64,000 bases of DNA from a bacterium (GTDB taxonomy: Bacteria > Armatimonadota > Fimbriimonadia > Fimbriimonadales > Fimbriimonadaceae). Positions 9,689-18,563 of this stretch are shown here, one piece after another (within the stretch, counting starts at the first letter, position 1; every line of letters begins with the position of its first letter). The translations under genes and the position numbers were made by a program. The notes under the pieces are model-generated. The model saw only the letters and a program-made list of their open reading frames with translations, ran no database searches and was not told the DNA's origin. The stretch covers positions 363,632 through 427,631 of the forward strand of contig JAIXQR010000001.1 in NCBI GenBank assembly GCA_027485645.1. Direction: 5' to 3'.

Positions 9689-9966
9689 AGCAGCTCGATT
9701 CGCCCGGCGAGTTCGAAGTCGAGCTCGCTGATGCCATCAACATCGTGCGTGTTGAGGCTCACCCGGACTTTGCGGTAGCCGATGAAAAGGTCGGGATGGT
9801 GGTCAAGCTTGTCCGCCATGAACCCGACGGTTGAAGCAAACGCCAGTCCGGTTGCGTAGGACTCGAAGGCGTACTCCTTGGTGATCTGCCCGTTTTGGTA
9901 GCTCCAGCCCGGAAGTCCGCTGAGCCCACCGGCGATTTGCTCGTCCGAAAGTTTGGTTCGTGCCAT
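9685..9966 (-). CDS. phhB: 4a-hydroxytetrahydrobiopterin dehydratase (pterin carbinolamine dehydratase)
   Basis: 'DHHPD' and 'NTHDVDGISELDFELA'. Confidence 0.9.
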   Translation of the reverse strand: MARTKLSDEQIAGGLSGLPGWSYQNGQITKEYAFESYATGLAFASTVGFMADKLDHHPDLFIGYRKVRVSLNTHDVDGISELDFELAGRIELL

Positions 9967-9988
9967 CAAAAAGGTGTCTACCCGCGAA

Positions 9989-10798
9989 ATGGAAATCTTT
10001 AGCGAAAATCTGTCCGAAACTTGGCCAAAGCGGTACGGAACCGAGCCTCCTTCCGAATCGCATCCATTGGATCGATTCCTAACTCACCGATCGGTGCGCA
10101 AGTACTCCGGCCAACCGATCGAACCGGAGGTGAGAGAACTCCTGTTTGGTGCCGCCCAGAGCGCGGCTACGAGTAGCAACCTGTCGGCTTGGTCAGTTGT
10201 TGTGGTGGACGAACCGTCGCGCCGCGCACGGCTTGCCGAGCTCGTCGGAAACCAGAGCCAGGTTCGGGACGCTGCGATTTTCCTTGCGTTTCTTGCCGAC
10301 CACACAAAGCTTCGCGCTGCCGCAGAGTTTCACGGCGAATCACCTGACGGACTCCAGACCGTCGAGATGTTGCTCGTTAGTGCTATCGACGCTGCACTAG
10401 CCGCCGAGCGGCTGGTTTGCTCTGCCGAGTCGATCGGGATTGGAAGCTGCTACATCGGTTCCCTCCGAAACGACCCAGCCGGAGTCGCCGAAGCGCTGAA
10501 TCTTCCTCAAGGCACTTTTGGGTTGTTCGGCCTTTGTTTGGGTTATCCCGACTCTACGGCGCCGCCTTCGGTCAAACCGCGAATGAGCCAGAGCGAAGTT
10601 TTCCACCAAGATAGCTATCCCGACGGTTGGGATCCGAGCGACTTCAATGCACGGATGTCCGAGTTTTACGTGCAAGAGGGAATGAAGGGTGACGTCACTT
10701 GGACCATGCGAAGCGGCAAGCGCGTAACGATTCCCGGACTCAACGGAAGAGAAACCCTGCTTACGGCTTTGCAGCAGCAGGGTTTTGCGTTGCGCTAG
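9989..10798 (+). CDS. NADPH-dependent nitro/flavin reductase (NfsA/NfrA family)
   Basis: 'HRSVRKY', 'AATSSNL', 'YIGSLRN', 'KPRM'. Start moved to ATG 9989 because 9953 overlaps phhB. Confidence 0.9.
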   Translation: MEIFSENLSETWPKRYGTEPPSESHPLDRFLTHRSVRKYSGQPIEPEVRELLFGAAQSAATSSNLSAWSVVVVDEPSRRARLAELVGNQSQVRDAAIFLAFLADHTKLRAAAEFHGESPDGLQTVEMLLVSAIDAALAAERLVCSAESIGIGSCYIGSLRNDPAGVAEALNLPQGTFGLFGLCLGYPDSTAPPSVKPRMSQSEVFHQDSYPDGWDPSDFNARMSEFYVQEGMKGDVTWTMRSGKRVTIPGLNGRETLLTALQQQGFALR

Positions 10799-11691
10799 AG
10801 GCTCGTGATGAACTTGAGTGCCAGGTTAGTGGCCGAGTTATCAACCCGAAGAATTACGAACGGGCGTGTGATCATCTGAGCGGCGGGCCGACCAAACCCT
10901 GGGGCGGTTTCGCGGGCGACGATATAGGTTTCGCCAGTTTTGGCCCGGGCGATGGTATCAACGCTTAGGCTGTAGCCACCCGTAGGGCGCTCGCCAAGGG
11001 CAATCGCGATGATCTTGTATCGGCTCCAGTCAATCTGCTGGACCGGAGTGCGCGAGCCCGCGCCGAACATTCGTTGCAACAGCGCTTCGTACTCATCCTG
11101 ATTGTTTGCCACGGAGAAACCGCGCTCGGAGATGTTGCACTGCGAGCCGTAGCTCAGCGAAACGTAGCCGTACCGTGGCGCATTCGGGGCAAACCAGCTC
11201 GTGAAGTCGTCGACCTGCCCCGCAACCCCGTTCGGGCTGTAGAGTTGTGTCCAGTTCACGCGGATGTTGTGTGCGGACCGCTCAACACGAATGAGGCTGT
11301 ATGCGGATTGCTGGGCAACTCTCGCATTAGGGCTAAGCAAAGGACCTCGCTCTACTGCCGTGATCACGGTGGTGCCATCAACTTGTCGGTCAACGGCTCG
11401 CACGAAAAGCGCCGTACCAACTGGCTTTGGACCGGAAGTCAGCGCGATCACCTTGTAGCGCGTCCACTCCACTTTAAACCTCGCCGGGACTGACATCCCG
11501 GTGAGCTTTCGGTAATGCGCTTCAAGTTGGTCGGGTCCTGGGATCTCGGTGAAAGACTTGGTCGCAATATTGCAGTTTTGCCCAGCATCGATCGTGCCCC
11601 AGTCGACCCGACTTGGATCCGGACCGAATGTCTGACCGAAGGCTGCACTTAGACTGCAGATAAAGACAAAGACTAACCAAATTCTTCCCAT
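10795..11691 (-). CDS. Secreted protein with two tandem PrcB C-terminal-like domains
   Basis: Second repeat has 'IDWSRYKIIAIALGERPTGGYSLSVDTI...MITRPFVILRV'; the first repeat is a degenerate copy; signal peptide present. Confidence 0.75.
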   Translation of the reverse strand: MGRIWLVFVFICSLSAAFGQTFGPDPSRVDWGTIDAGQNCNIATKSFTEIPGPDQLEAHYRKLTGMSVPARFKVEWTRYKVIALTSGPKPVGTALFVRAVDRQVDGTTVITAVERGPLLSPNARVAQQSAYSLIRVERSAHNIRVNWTQLYSPNGVAGQVDDFTSWFAPNAPRYGYVSLSYGSQCNISERGFSVANNQDEYEALLQRMFGAGSRTPVQQIDWSRYKIIAIALGERPTGGYSLSVDTIARAKTGETYIVARETAPGFGRPAAQMITRPFVILRVDNSATNLALKFITSL

Positions 11692-11741
11692 GACTCAACC
11701 CATCTGACGCTTTTTCTGCAGGTTTGGTTATCATGGAGTGA

Positions 11742-12920
11742 ATGCGCGGGCTCCCGGTGACCGATCGGCTGCCTGCCTTAGAGGGTTTGCGCGGACTGTT
11801 GGCCCTGTACGTTCTCCTTGGCCACATCGCCAGCATGGCGGACCCGAGCGCCTTGGCCGGAAAAATCAGCACGGCGCCCGATTGGATTCGAAGCTTGTTT
11901 GCGCCGTTCGCGTACGGTCACCTCGCGGTAGCTGGCTTCATTGTTTTGTCTGGCTTCTGCCTGCAACTTTCGCTCTACGTGAATGGTGATGGCACGGTGA
12001 AGTCGGCCAGCAAGTTCTTCCGCCGTCGAGCTTGGCGGCTCTTGCCCGCCTACTACGGTTGCTTGGTGCTCAGCTGGCTCGTTTGCGAAACGGTGACCAA
12101 GAAGTTCAGCGGTATGCCGTTTGACCTCTACCTTCCGGTAACGACAGAGAACCTTCTGGCCCATGCCGCCCTCGTTCACAATCTCCGACCGGACTGGATG
12201 TACAAGATCAACGGGGTGCTCTGGAGCATCGCGATTGAGTGCCAAATCTATCTGGTTTTTCCGCTTCTAGCGTTGGTGATGCAGCGCGCGGGAAGGATCG
12301 TGGCTCTGCTTTCGGCTTGCATCGTGCCGGTTTGCGTCGCCTTGATGAGTCCGCAGTGGCTCAAGCTTTATGGTTGGTACGTCGTGCTCTTCGCGCTTGG
12401 GATGGTGGGTGCTTCCATGCTCTACCGACCCCCGGTGGCGCAGTCGCCAAGAGCAAGGTACGGCTACTTGGCCGGAGTCCTGGGCGCGGTTGGGGTTTGG
12501 CTAAGTATCAATCAAGCGGCTCTACTGCCGGTCCGGGACTTGGCGGGGGCGCTGGTGATCTCTGGCTTGAGCTATGCCGTCTGCACGAACCCAGAGAGCG
12601 TCCTAGCGCGGATTCTTGGCTGGCGACCGGTGGCGATGCTCGGCGCGATGTCCTACAGCCTGTATCTGATGCACCATCCGATTCAGCAGGTGGGATTCTT
12701 GGTGTTGAACGGTCGCGAAATGGATGCGGCCGGAAAGTTGGTGGTGTTACTGCAGTGGCTACCCGTGGTGTTGTTAGGTAGCTGGGTCTTCTATCTGCTG
12801 TTCGAAAGACCAGTGTTGTCAAACCGATCAGAGTCGGGGCAGGAACAGCGGAACGATTTTCCGCTGCACCTGCCCTTATCGGTTCTGGAACTTGAAGTGG
12901 ACCCTGCTCAGAGAGCGTGA
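11742..12920 (+). CDS. Acyltransferase 3 family (OafA-like) membrane O-acyltransferase
   Basis: 'LEGLRG', 'FIVLSGF', 'RRAWRLLPAY', 'LWSIAIE.Q.Y', 'SYSLYL.H', 'FERP'. Confidence 0.92.
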   Translation: MRGLPVTDRLPALEGLRGLLALYVLLGHIASMADPSALAGKISTAPDWIRSLFAPFAYGHLAVAGFIVLSGFCLQLSLYVNGDGTVKSASKFFRRRAWRLLPAYYGCLVLSWLVCETVTKKFSGMPFDLYLPVTTENLLAHAALVHNLRPDWMYKINGVLWSIAIECQIYLVFPLLALVMQRAGRIVALLSACIVPVCVALMSPQWLKLYGWYVVLFALGMVGASMLYRPPVAQSPRARYGYLAGVLGAVGVWLSINQAALLPVRDLAGALVISGLSYAVCTNPESVLARILGWRPVAMLGAMSYSLYLMHHPIQQVGFLVLNGREMDAAGKLVVLLQWLPVVLLGSWVFYLLFERPVLSNRSESGQEQRNDFPLHLPLSVLELEVDPAQRA

Positions 12921-12923
12921 TTC

Positions 12924-13469
12924 TTACTTCTTGCGTCGTCGAAGGAACAGACCGCCGAGGCCGAGAACGGCAAGGGAGGCTGGCTCTGGCACTGGGGCCG
13001 AGCTCTTGCTGTATGCGTAGAAGGTGTTGCTGCCCTTGTACGAACCGTTGATTCGAACGTGGAAGCCGTAGTCCGAAACCGTTCCCGTGGTGGTGGTGAG
13101 GTTCTTGAACTCGAAGTCCAGGGTCTCTCCGCCGCTAAGCGAATTGCCCTTGTCGTTGTCGTCCCAGCCAACCAAGTCCTTTGGACCGCTGATGCCGTCG
13201 TAGTTCCAAGACCAAGGAGCCGACTTGCTCGCTGCGCTGGTGTAGCCACCTACGGATGCTCGTTTGTAAACGCCGAAGATGTCTACGATGGTGTAGGTAG
13301 ATCCGCCAAGGGTGATGGTGGAGCCGCTGGCCAAAGAGACCGAGAACTTAAGCGGGTTGGATTCCGTAACGGTCAGTCCGTTAAAAGAAGCCAAGTTGAA
13401 CGACGACGCCGTTTGCGCGTTCGCTGCTGCAACCGTGGCAATGCAAGCAAGAATAAGAATTCGTTTCAT
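12924..13469 (-). CDS. PEP-CTERM sorting domain protein (paralog 1, 181 aa)
   Basis: Start reassigned to MKRILILACIAT; C-terminus VPEPASLAVLGLGGLFLRRRKK. Confidence 0.9.
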   Translation of the reverse strand: MKRILILACIATVAAANAQTASSFNLASFNGLTVTESNPLKFSVSLASGSTITLGGSTYTIVDIFGVYKRASVGGYTSAASKSAPWSWNYDGISGPKDLVGWDDNDKGNSLSGGETLDFEFKNLTTTTGTVSDYGFHVRINGSYKGSNTFYAYSKSSAPVPEPASLAVLGLGGLFLRRRKK

Positions 13470-13565
13470 AACAGAAGTTTCCTTCGGCCTAGGTTGCCAG
13501 ACCCGGTGGTGCTTTGCTATCCCACTTACTAGTTCCCTCTTTCGTGTGACTTGAGGCGATTTGCA

Positions 13566-13597
13566 TAAAAAGCCCGCTTCGAATACCGAAGCGGGCT
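13566..13597 (-). terminator. Intrinsic terminator between the two PEP-CTERM genes
   Basis: 11-bp stem AGCCCGCTTCG/CGAAGCGGGCT, followed by a T-run on the minus strand. Confidence 0.85.
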
Positions 13598-13631
13598 CAG
13601 TCAAGGAGTCAGAAACGCCGTTGAGCTTGGA

Positions 13632-14177
13632 TTACTTCTTGCGTCGTCGAAGGAACAATCCGCCCAGCCCGATCACGGCAAACGTGCCTGGTTCTGGGAC
13701 TGGCGCGCTGGTCTTGTTGATCACGTAGAACGTGTCGCAGTCGTTGTACTTGCCGTTGATCTTGACTTCGAAGCCGTTCGAGATCTTCGCTCCGCTGGTC
13801 GAAGTAAGGGCTTTGAAAGCAAACGTCTTGCTTGCGTTGGATTTGACGGCCTGCTTCTGGTCGCCGTCGCTCCAGCCGGTGACCTGCTTGTAGCCGCTGA
13901 GTCCCTTGAATCCCCAACCTGAAGGTGTGGTCTTGCTAGAAGAAGAAGTGAATGAACCGGTGGTGGCGACTTGGTAGAAGCCAACGACATCGGTGATCGT
14001 GTAAGTCTTGGTGCCGAGCTTCAAGGTGGCGCCGCTTGCGAGCGAGACCGTGAACGACAACGGGGACGATTGAGTTGCAGTCAAACCGGTGAGCTCAACC
14101 GTGGAGAACGAACTCCGGGTTTGCGCGCTCGAAACGGCGACGGTAGCCAAGGCAGCAAAAATAAGGATTCGCTTCAT
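13632..14177 (-). CDS. PEP-CTERM sorting domain protein (paralog 2, 181 aa)
   Basis: Signal peptide MKRILIFAALAT; C-terminus VPEPGTFAVIGLGGLFLRRRKK. Confidence 0.92.
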   Translation of the reverse strand: MKRILIFAALATVAVSSAQTRSSFSTVELTGLTATQSSPLSFTVSLASGATLKLGTKTYTITDVVGFYQVATTGSFTSSSSKTTPSGWGFKGLSGYKQVTGWSDGDQKQAVKSNASKTFAFKALTSTSGAKISNGFEVKINGKYNDCDTFYVINKTSAPVPEPGTFAVIGLGGLFLRRRKK

Positions 14178-14267
14178 AATTCCTCAGCGACAAGTTTGTG
14201 GCAACGATTGTGGTTTGCATGACACCTTTCTTCGTTACCGGAAATGGGTGACAGAGAAGTCGGCATA

Positions 14268-14807
14268 ATGAACCAACCCATGAGCGCACTTTTGATGGAC
14301 GCCGAGGACATTCGCCGAACCCTCGGAAGAATGGCCCACGAAATCATCGAAGCCAACCACGGCACCGAAAACCTCGTCGTGGTAGGAGTGCTGAGGCGCG
14401 GCTGGCCGATTGCAAAGCGGCTTGCTTTTAGTCTCACCCAAATTGAAGGCACGACCGTGCCGTGCGGAAAGGTGGATGCACGCCGGTTCCGTGACGATCG
14501 CAAACGCCCCGACGAAGACCTCACCGAAATTCCGTTTGAGATCACCGGCAAAACGGTCATCTTGGTCGACGAGGTGATCTTCACCGCACGAACGGCCAGA
14601 GCGGCCCTAGATGCCGTGATGAGCGCCGGCCGGCCAGAGAATGTCCAGCTTGCCGTGCTCGTCGATCGGGGACATCGAGAGCTTCCGATCGAGCCGAACT
14701 ATTGCGGCCGAAAGTTCTTCACTAACCGAACGGACCACATCATTGTTCGCGTAAACGAGATCGACGGCGAGGACGCCGTTGTTTTGGAATCGGGAGACAA
14801 ACCATGA
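14268..14807 (+). CDS. pyrR: PyrR pyrimidine regulator / UPRTase-fold protein (start uncertain: 14244, 14268 or 14280)
   Basis: 'RTLGRMAHEIIEAN', 'FRDD', 'VDRGHRELPI'; first gene before pyrB. Confidence 0.92.
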   Translation: MNQPMSALLMDAEDIRRTLGRMAHEIIEANHGTENLVVVGVLRRGWPIAKRLAFSLTQIEGTTVPCGKVDARRFRDDRKRPDEDLTEIPFEITGKTVILVDEVIFTARTARAALDAVMSAGRPENVQLAVLVDRGHRELPIEPNYCGRKFFTNRTDHIIVRVNEIDGEDAVVLESGDKP

Positions 14808-15730
14808 CCAACAATCTTCTCGGCATCCGACAGCTTGATATCGACCAGATTGAAACCCTGCTTGCCATTGCAGCAGATTTCAAAGTCCGAATCATCGAAG
14901 GGCGACCGGTGCCGAAAATCACCGATAAGGTCGTCGGCATGCTCTTCTTCGAAGACTCAACTCGAACCCGAGTCAGCTTCGAACAGGCAGCCCATTATCT
15001 CGGTCTGAAGACGGCTAACTTTGCCGCCGGAGCAAGTTCGATGAGTAAGGGCGAAACCCTGAAAGATACGATTCTCACCCTCCGCTACGAGCGGTTGGAT
15101 GGTTTAGTCATTCGACATCGAATGAGCGGCGCGCCGAACCTCGCCGCAAGATTCTTCGCTGGCCCCGTCCTGAACGCCGGCGATGGTATGCACGAGCACC
15201 CAACCCAGGCTCTAGGCGATGCCCTAACCATTCTTGAGCGGAAAGAAAAAATCGAGGGACTGCGGGTCGCCATCGTTGGCGACGTCGAGCACAGCCGAGT
15301 TGCTCGGTCAAACGCTTGGCTACTCACGAAACTCGGTGCCAGCGTGAACTTCGTTGGGCCAAGAACGTTGATGCCACCGAACTCCTCGCTGCTCCCGGGC
15401 CGGGTCTATCACGATTTGGAAGCAGGCATTGATGGGGCAGACGTCATCATCTGCCTGCGCTTACAGCGCGAGCGCATGGCCGAAGGTTTGCTCAGCTCGA
15501 GCGGAGAATACGCCGCGATGTATCAGATCAACCAACGGAATCTCGCTTGGGCCGCGCCGGACTGCTTAGTCATGCACCCGGGCCCGATCAACCGCGGAAT
15601 TGAGGTGGACGACTTCACCGCCGATGGCGACCAGAGTGCGATTACGGCGCAGATCGAAAACGGCATCTTTGTTCGAATGGCATCGCTCTACTGGGTCTTT
15701 GGCGGAACCGTAGCCGAGGTGATGGCGTAG
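14804..15730 (+). CDS. pyrB: Aspartate carbamoyltransferase catalytic subunit
   Basis: 'FFEDSTRTR', 'HEHPTQAL', 'LRLQRER', 'HPGPINRG'. Confidence 0.96.
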   Translation: MTNNLLGIRQLDIDQIETLLAIAADFKVRIIEGRPVPKITDKVVGMLFFEDSTRTRVSFEQAAHYLGLKTANFAAGASSMSKGETLKDTILTLRYERLDGLVIRHRMSGAPNLAARFFAGPVLNAGDGMHEHPTQALGDALTILERKEKIEGLRVAIVGDVEHSRVARSNAWLLTKLGASVNFVGPRTLMPPNSSLLPGRVYHDLEAGIDGADVIICLRLQRERMAEGLLSSSGEYAAMYQINQRNLAWAAPDCLVMHPGPINRGIEVDDFTADGDQSAITAQIENGIFVRMASLYWVFGGTVAEVMA

Positions 15731-15764
15731 CGACGCCAACGGCGATTAGGGATACTCACTAGGT

Positions 15765-17096
15765 ATGCGCACCCTCCTCCAGAACGGCAGAATCCTAGAT
15801 CCGGCCCAGAACATGGACCGGATTGGTAGCGTGCTGATCGAAAACGATCAGGTCGTTCAGGTGGGCGACGTCGAGCTTGGCAACGTTCCGGCCGACGAGA
15901 TTTATGACTGTACGGGGCTTTGGATTGCTCCTGGATTGGTAGACCCGCACGTCCACCTCCGCGAGCCAGGCTCAACGCATAAAGAAGACATCGCAACGGG
16001 CACGCAGGCTGCGGCCGCAGGCGGATACACGACGATCTGCTGCATGCCCAACACGAATCCGCCGCTGGACAACCCAGCCCTGGTGGATTTCATCCTAGAT
16101 CGGTCGGCCTCGCCCGATGCTGGTGGAGTATTCGTCGCGCCGGTTGGCGCACTTACGCGAGGGATGAAAGGCGAGACTTTAGCCGACCTCGCGGCAATGA
16201 AGCGCGCCGGAATCGTGGCCGCAAGCGACGAAGAATTCCCAATCCAAAACGCCAACATCATGATGCGGGCGATGGAGTTCTGCGTCCAGCTCGATTTGCC
16301 AATCATGGCGCACTGCGAGGACACCAACCTCAGCAATCGCGGCAGCATGAACGAAGGCGCAATGAGCGCCATGCTCGGCCTGCGCGGCATTCCACGTTCT
16401 TCCGAAGAGATCGCCATTGTCCGAAATGGTCTGCTCGCACTACACACCGGCTGTCGGCTCCACATCATGCGGGTCAGCACCTGGGGCGCGGTTGAAATGG
16501 TCCGCCAGTTGAAGTTCTTGGGCGCTCCGGTCACCTGCGAAATCTGCCCAATGCACTTCGCGTTGACCGAAGACATGATCGGCGACTTCGACACGCGCTA
16601 CAAAACCTTGCCGCCTCTTCGAACGCAGATCGATATTGACCTCTTGCTTCAGGGCATCAATGACGGCACCATCGACTGCATTGCAAGCGACCACTCGCCG
16701 CACGCTTCCTACGAGGTGGACGTTCCGTTCGAAGAAGCGCCGTTCGGGACCGCTCAACTCGAAAGCTCGGTGGCTGTGACCCTAACTTATCTCACGCACA
16801 AGGGAATCCTGTCCCCGCTCGAAACTATCCGGAAGCTGTCGACCGCACCCGCGAACATCCTCCGGCTCGAAGCCGGTTCGCTCAAGCCGGGCGACACGCC
16901 GGTCGCGCAGGTCACGGTCATCGATCCAAACCTCGAGTGGACTTTTGACCGAGACAAGACTTTCAGCAAGAGCAAGAACACACCGTTCCACGATTTCCGG
17001 CTGAAAGGAAAATCGCTCCTCACTTTCTGTGGCGGCGAGATTTACCGCGATGCGATGTTCGGCGCTGATCGCTACCAAATCGTGACCTCGGCATGA
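15765..17096 (+). CDS. pyrC: Dihydroorotase, long (type I) family; several active-site substitutions, possibly non-catalytic PyrC'
   Basis: 'DPHVHLREPG', 'MPNTNPP', 'SDHSPH', but 'HIMRVST' and 'KTLPPLR' in place of the usual HxxHVST and KxNPPLR. Confidence 0.88.
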   Translation: MRTLLQNGRILDPAQNMDRIGSVLIENDQVVQVGDVELGNVPADEIYDCTGLWIAPGLVDPHVHLREPGSTHKEDIATGTQAAAAGGYTTICCMPNTNPPLDNPALVDFILDRSASPDAGGVFVAPVGALTRGMKGETLADLAAMKRAGIVAASDEEFPIQNANIMMRAMEFCVQLDLPIMAHCEDTNLSNRGSMNEGAMSAMLGLRGIPRSSEEIAIVRNGLLALHTGCRLHIMRVSTWGAVEMVRQLKFLGAPVTCEICPMHFALTEDMIGDFDTRYKTLPPLRTQIDIDLLLQGINDGTIDCIASDHSPHASYEVDVPFEEAPFGTAQLESSVAVTLTYLTHKGILSPLETIRKLSTAPANILRLEAGSLKPGDTPVAQVTVIDPNLEWTFDRDKTFSKSKNTPFHDFRLKGKSLLTFCGGEIYRDAMFGADRYQIVTSA

Positions 17097-17875
17097 GAAC
17101 TCGGTACTTTGCTGCCCTCGGAGTCATCACGGTCGCTCTGATGTTCGGCGGCTGCCAGTCTCCCAAGCTCCCCGACCCGAACGATCCAAAGACGGTCGGT
17201 GTCATTGCGCCAGACGTTCTGCGAAACCTCCTGAAAGGTGCAGCGACGCAGTTCTACAGCCGCGTGCGGACTCGGGAAATCACCGATGCTGAGGCCCAGG
17301 AGTTCCTAACCGAGTACGCAAACGATCTGCTTAAGACCGTGCAGGCCAAGGATGTGCCCGCGGATCGAGCATGGGAATATGCAGAGGTTCTGATGACGGC
17401 CAAGCGCTGGAAAGATGCCCGCAAGTTCCTGGAACTCGCGGTGAAAAATCCGGAATCCGAAGACCGACGCGTCAACGACAACTTGCGACTAGCCCGCGTG
17501 CAGGCCATGCTGGGAGAGGTCGAGTTGGCCGCTAAAACAGCCCGATCCGTCTTCGATGCAAAGCCGGTCGATAAGGCCCCGATTCTCACGGCCGTCCTAC
17601 TCGAGATCGTGCCGGCGGGCGAAGGGAAGAAGAAGGACGCTGAGCTTGCACTGCTGCTTGAGGACGCGATTTACCAGAGCCGCGATGCCCAAGTGGACCC
17701 TAGCACCGAAGCCGGGGCGAAGTACTTAGCCGCGCGCCCTTTCCACGTGCGGAACGCCTGGGAAAAGATTCAGGAACTGTATGAGCGCGCCGGAAAGCCC
17801 GAAGAAGGGGTCAAAGCAGCGAAGCGCGGCATGAGCGCCGACAGGGCCGAGAGCCCCAACATTCAGTCGATATGA
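17093..17875 (+). CDS. Hypothetical helical (TPR-like) lipoprotein
   Basis: Lipobox FGGC; Ala-rich helical repeats; ATGA overlap with pyrC. Confidence 0.7.
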   Translation: MRTRYFAALGVITVALMFGGCQSPKLPDPNDPKTVGVIAPDVLRNLLKGAATQFYSRVRTREITDAEAQEFLTEYANDLLKTVQAKDVPADRAWEYAEVLMTAKRWKDARKFLELAVKNPESEDRRVNDNLRLARVQAMLGEVELAAKTARSVFDAKPVDKAPILTAVLLEIVPAGEGKKKDAELALLLEDAIYQSRDAQVDPSTEAGAKYLAARPFHVRNAWEKIQELYERAGKPEEGVKAAKRGMSADRAESPNIQSI

Positions 17876-18450
17876 CCGAGACGCCGGAGTTCTTCTTGAA
17901 CTCGTTCGATTGGGTAACCGATCACGTTGGTGCGTAGCCCGACAACCTCCTCCACGAATTCCGCACCGATGCCTTGCAGTCCGTAGGCACCGGCCTTGTC
18001 CATCGGATCGCCGGTCGCAATGTAGCTTTCGATCTGTTCGTCGGTGAGGCTCCGAAAAGTGACTTCGCTCCTTTCGACAAACGAAAAGTCACCGTCGGGC
18101 CAAATGATTGCGACTCCGGTCGCCACAACATGAGTTGTGCCGGACAGGGCATTGAGCATCCGCTTCGCGTCCTCGGTGCTCGTCGGTTTGCTGTACTGGA
18201 CAAAGCCAGCTTCTTCTCTCACAGCAACTACGGTGTCGCCGCCTAGCACGAGGTGATTTGGATGCTGCGAATACACCCACTTGGCCTTTGCCAGGGCCAA
18301 GTTTTGGGCCGTGAGGAACGGGTCGGGAACGGTCAGTGCGTCTTCATCCAAGTCGGCTGGAATCACCTTGAACTCGGGCAGGATCTGCTTGAGCAGGGAT
18401 TGGCGACGCGGAGAAGCGCTTGCGAGAATGACCGGCAGACCGAGAGACAC
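17863..18450 (-). CDS. maf: Maf nucleoside triphosphate pyrophosphatase (YhdE-like)
   Basis: 'ILASASPRR', 'GGDTVV', 'DKAGAYGLQG'. Confidence 0.95.
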   Translation of the reverse strand: MSLGLPVILASASPRRQSLLKQILPEFKVIPADLDEDALTVPDPFLTAQNLALAKAKWVYSQHPNHLVLGGDTVVAVREEAGFVQYSKPTSTEDAKRMLNALSGTTHVVATGVAIIWPDGDFSFVERSEVTFRSLTDEQIESYIATGDPMDKAGAYGLQGIGAEFVEEVVGLRTNVIGYPIERVQEELRRLGHID

Positions 18451-18563
18451 GCCATATTTTGCCGTTATCTTGAATATTTTCTGAAAGCCTGCTGGTATGG
18501 GCCCACGGGAGAGAAATGACGGAAGGTTAAGATTCGTTCACAATTAGAGGAAGGCCATCCTGA

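Noticed and set aside
13470-13565. Sigma-54 promoter for the PEP-CTERM genes
   Set aside because: A TGGCA is present but there is no TTGC at the correct -12 spacing, and the two upstream regions share no convincing motif.
13470-13604. N-terminal extensions in the ORF track (also 39308-39709, 42919-43029, 48498-48974, 37319-37369)
   Set aside because: They cross terminators or divergent genes; downstream starts fit signal peptides, ATGA overlaps or -10 spacing better.
14178-14280. PyrR attenuator
   Set aside because: No PyrR binding-loop consensus or terminator hairpin in the short leader.
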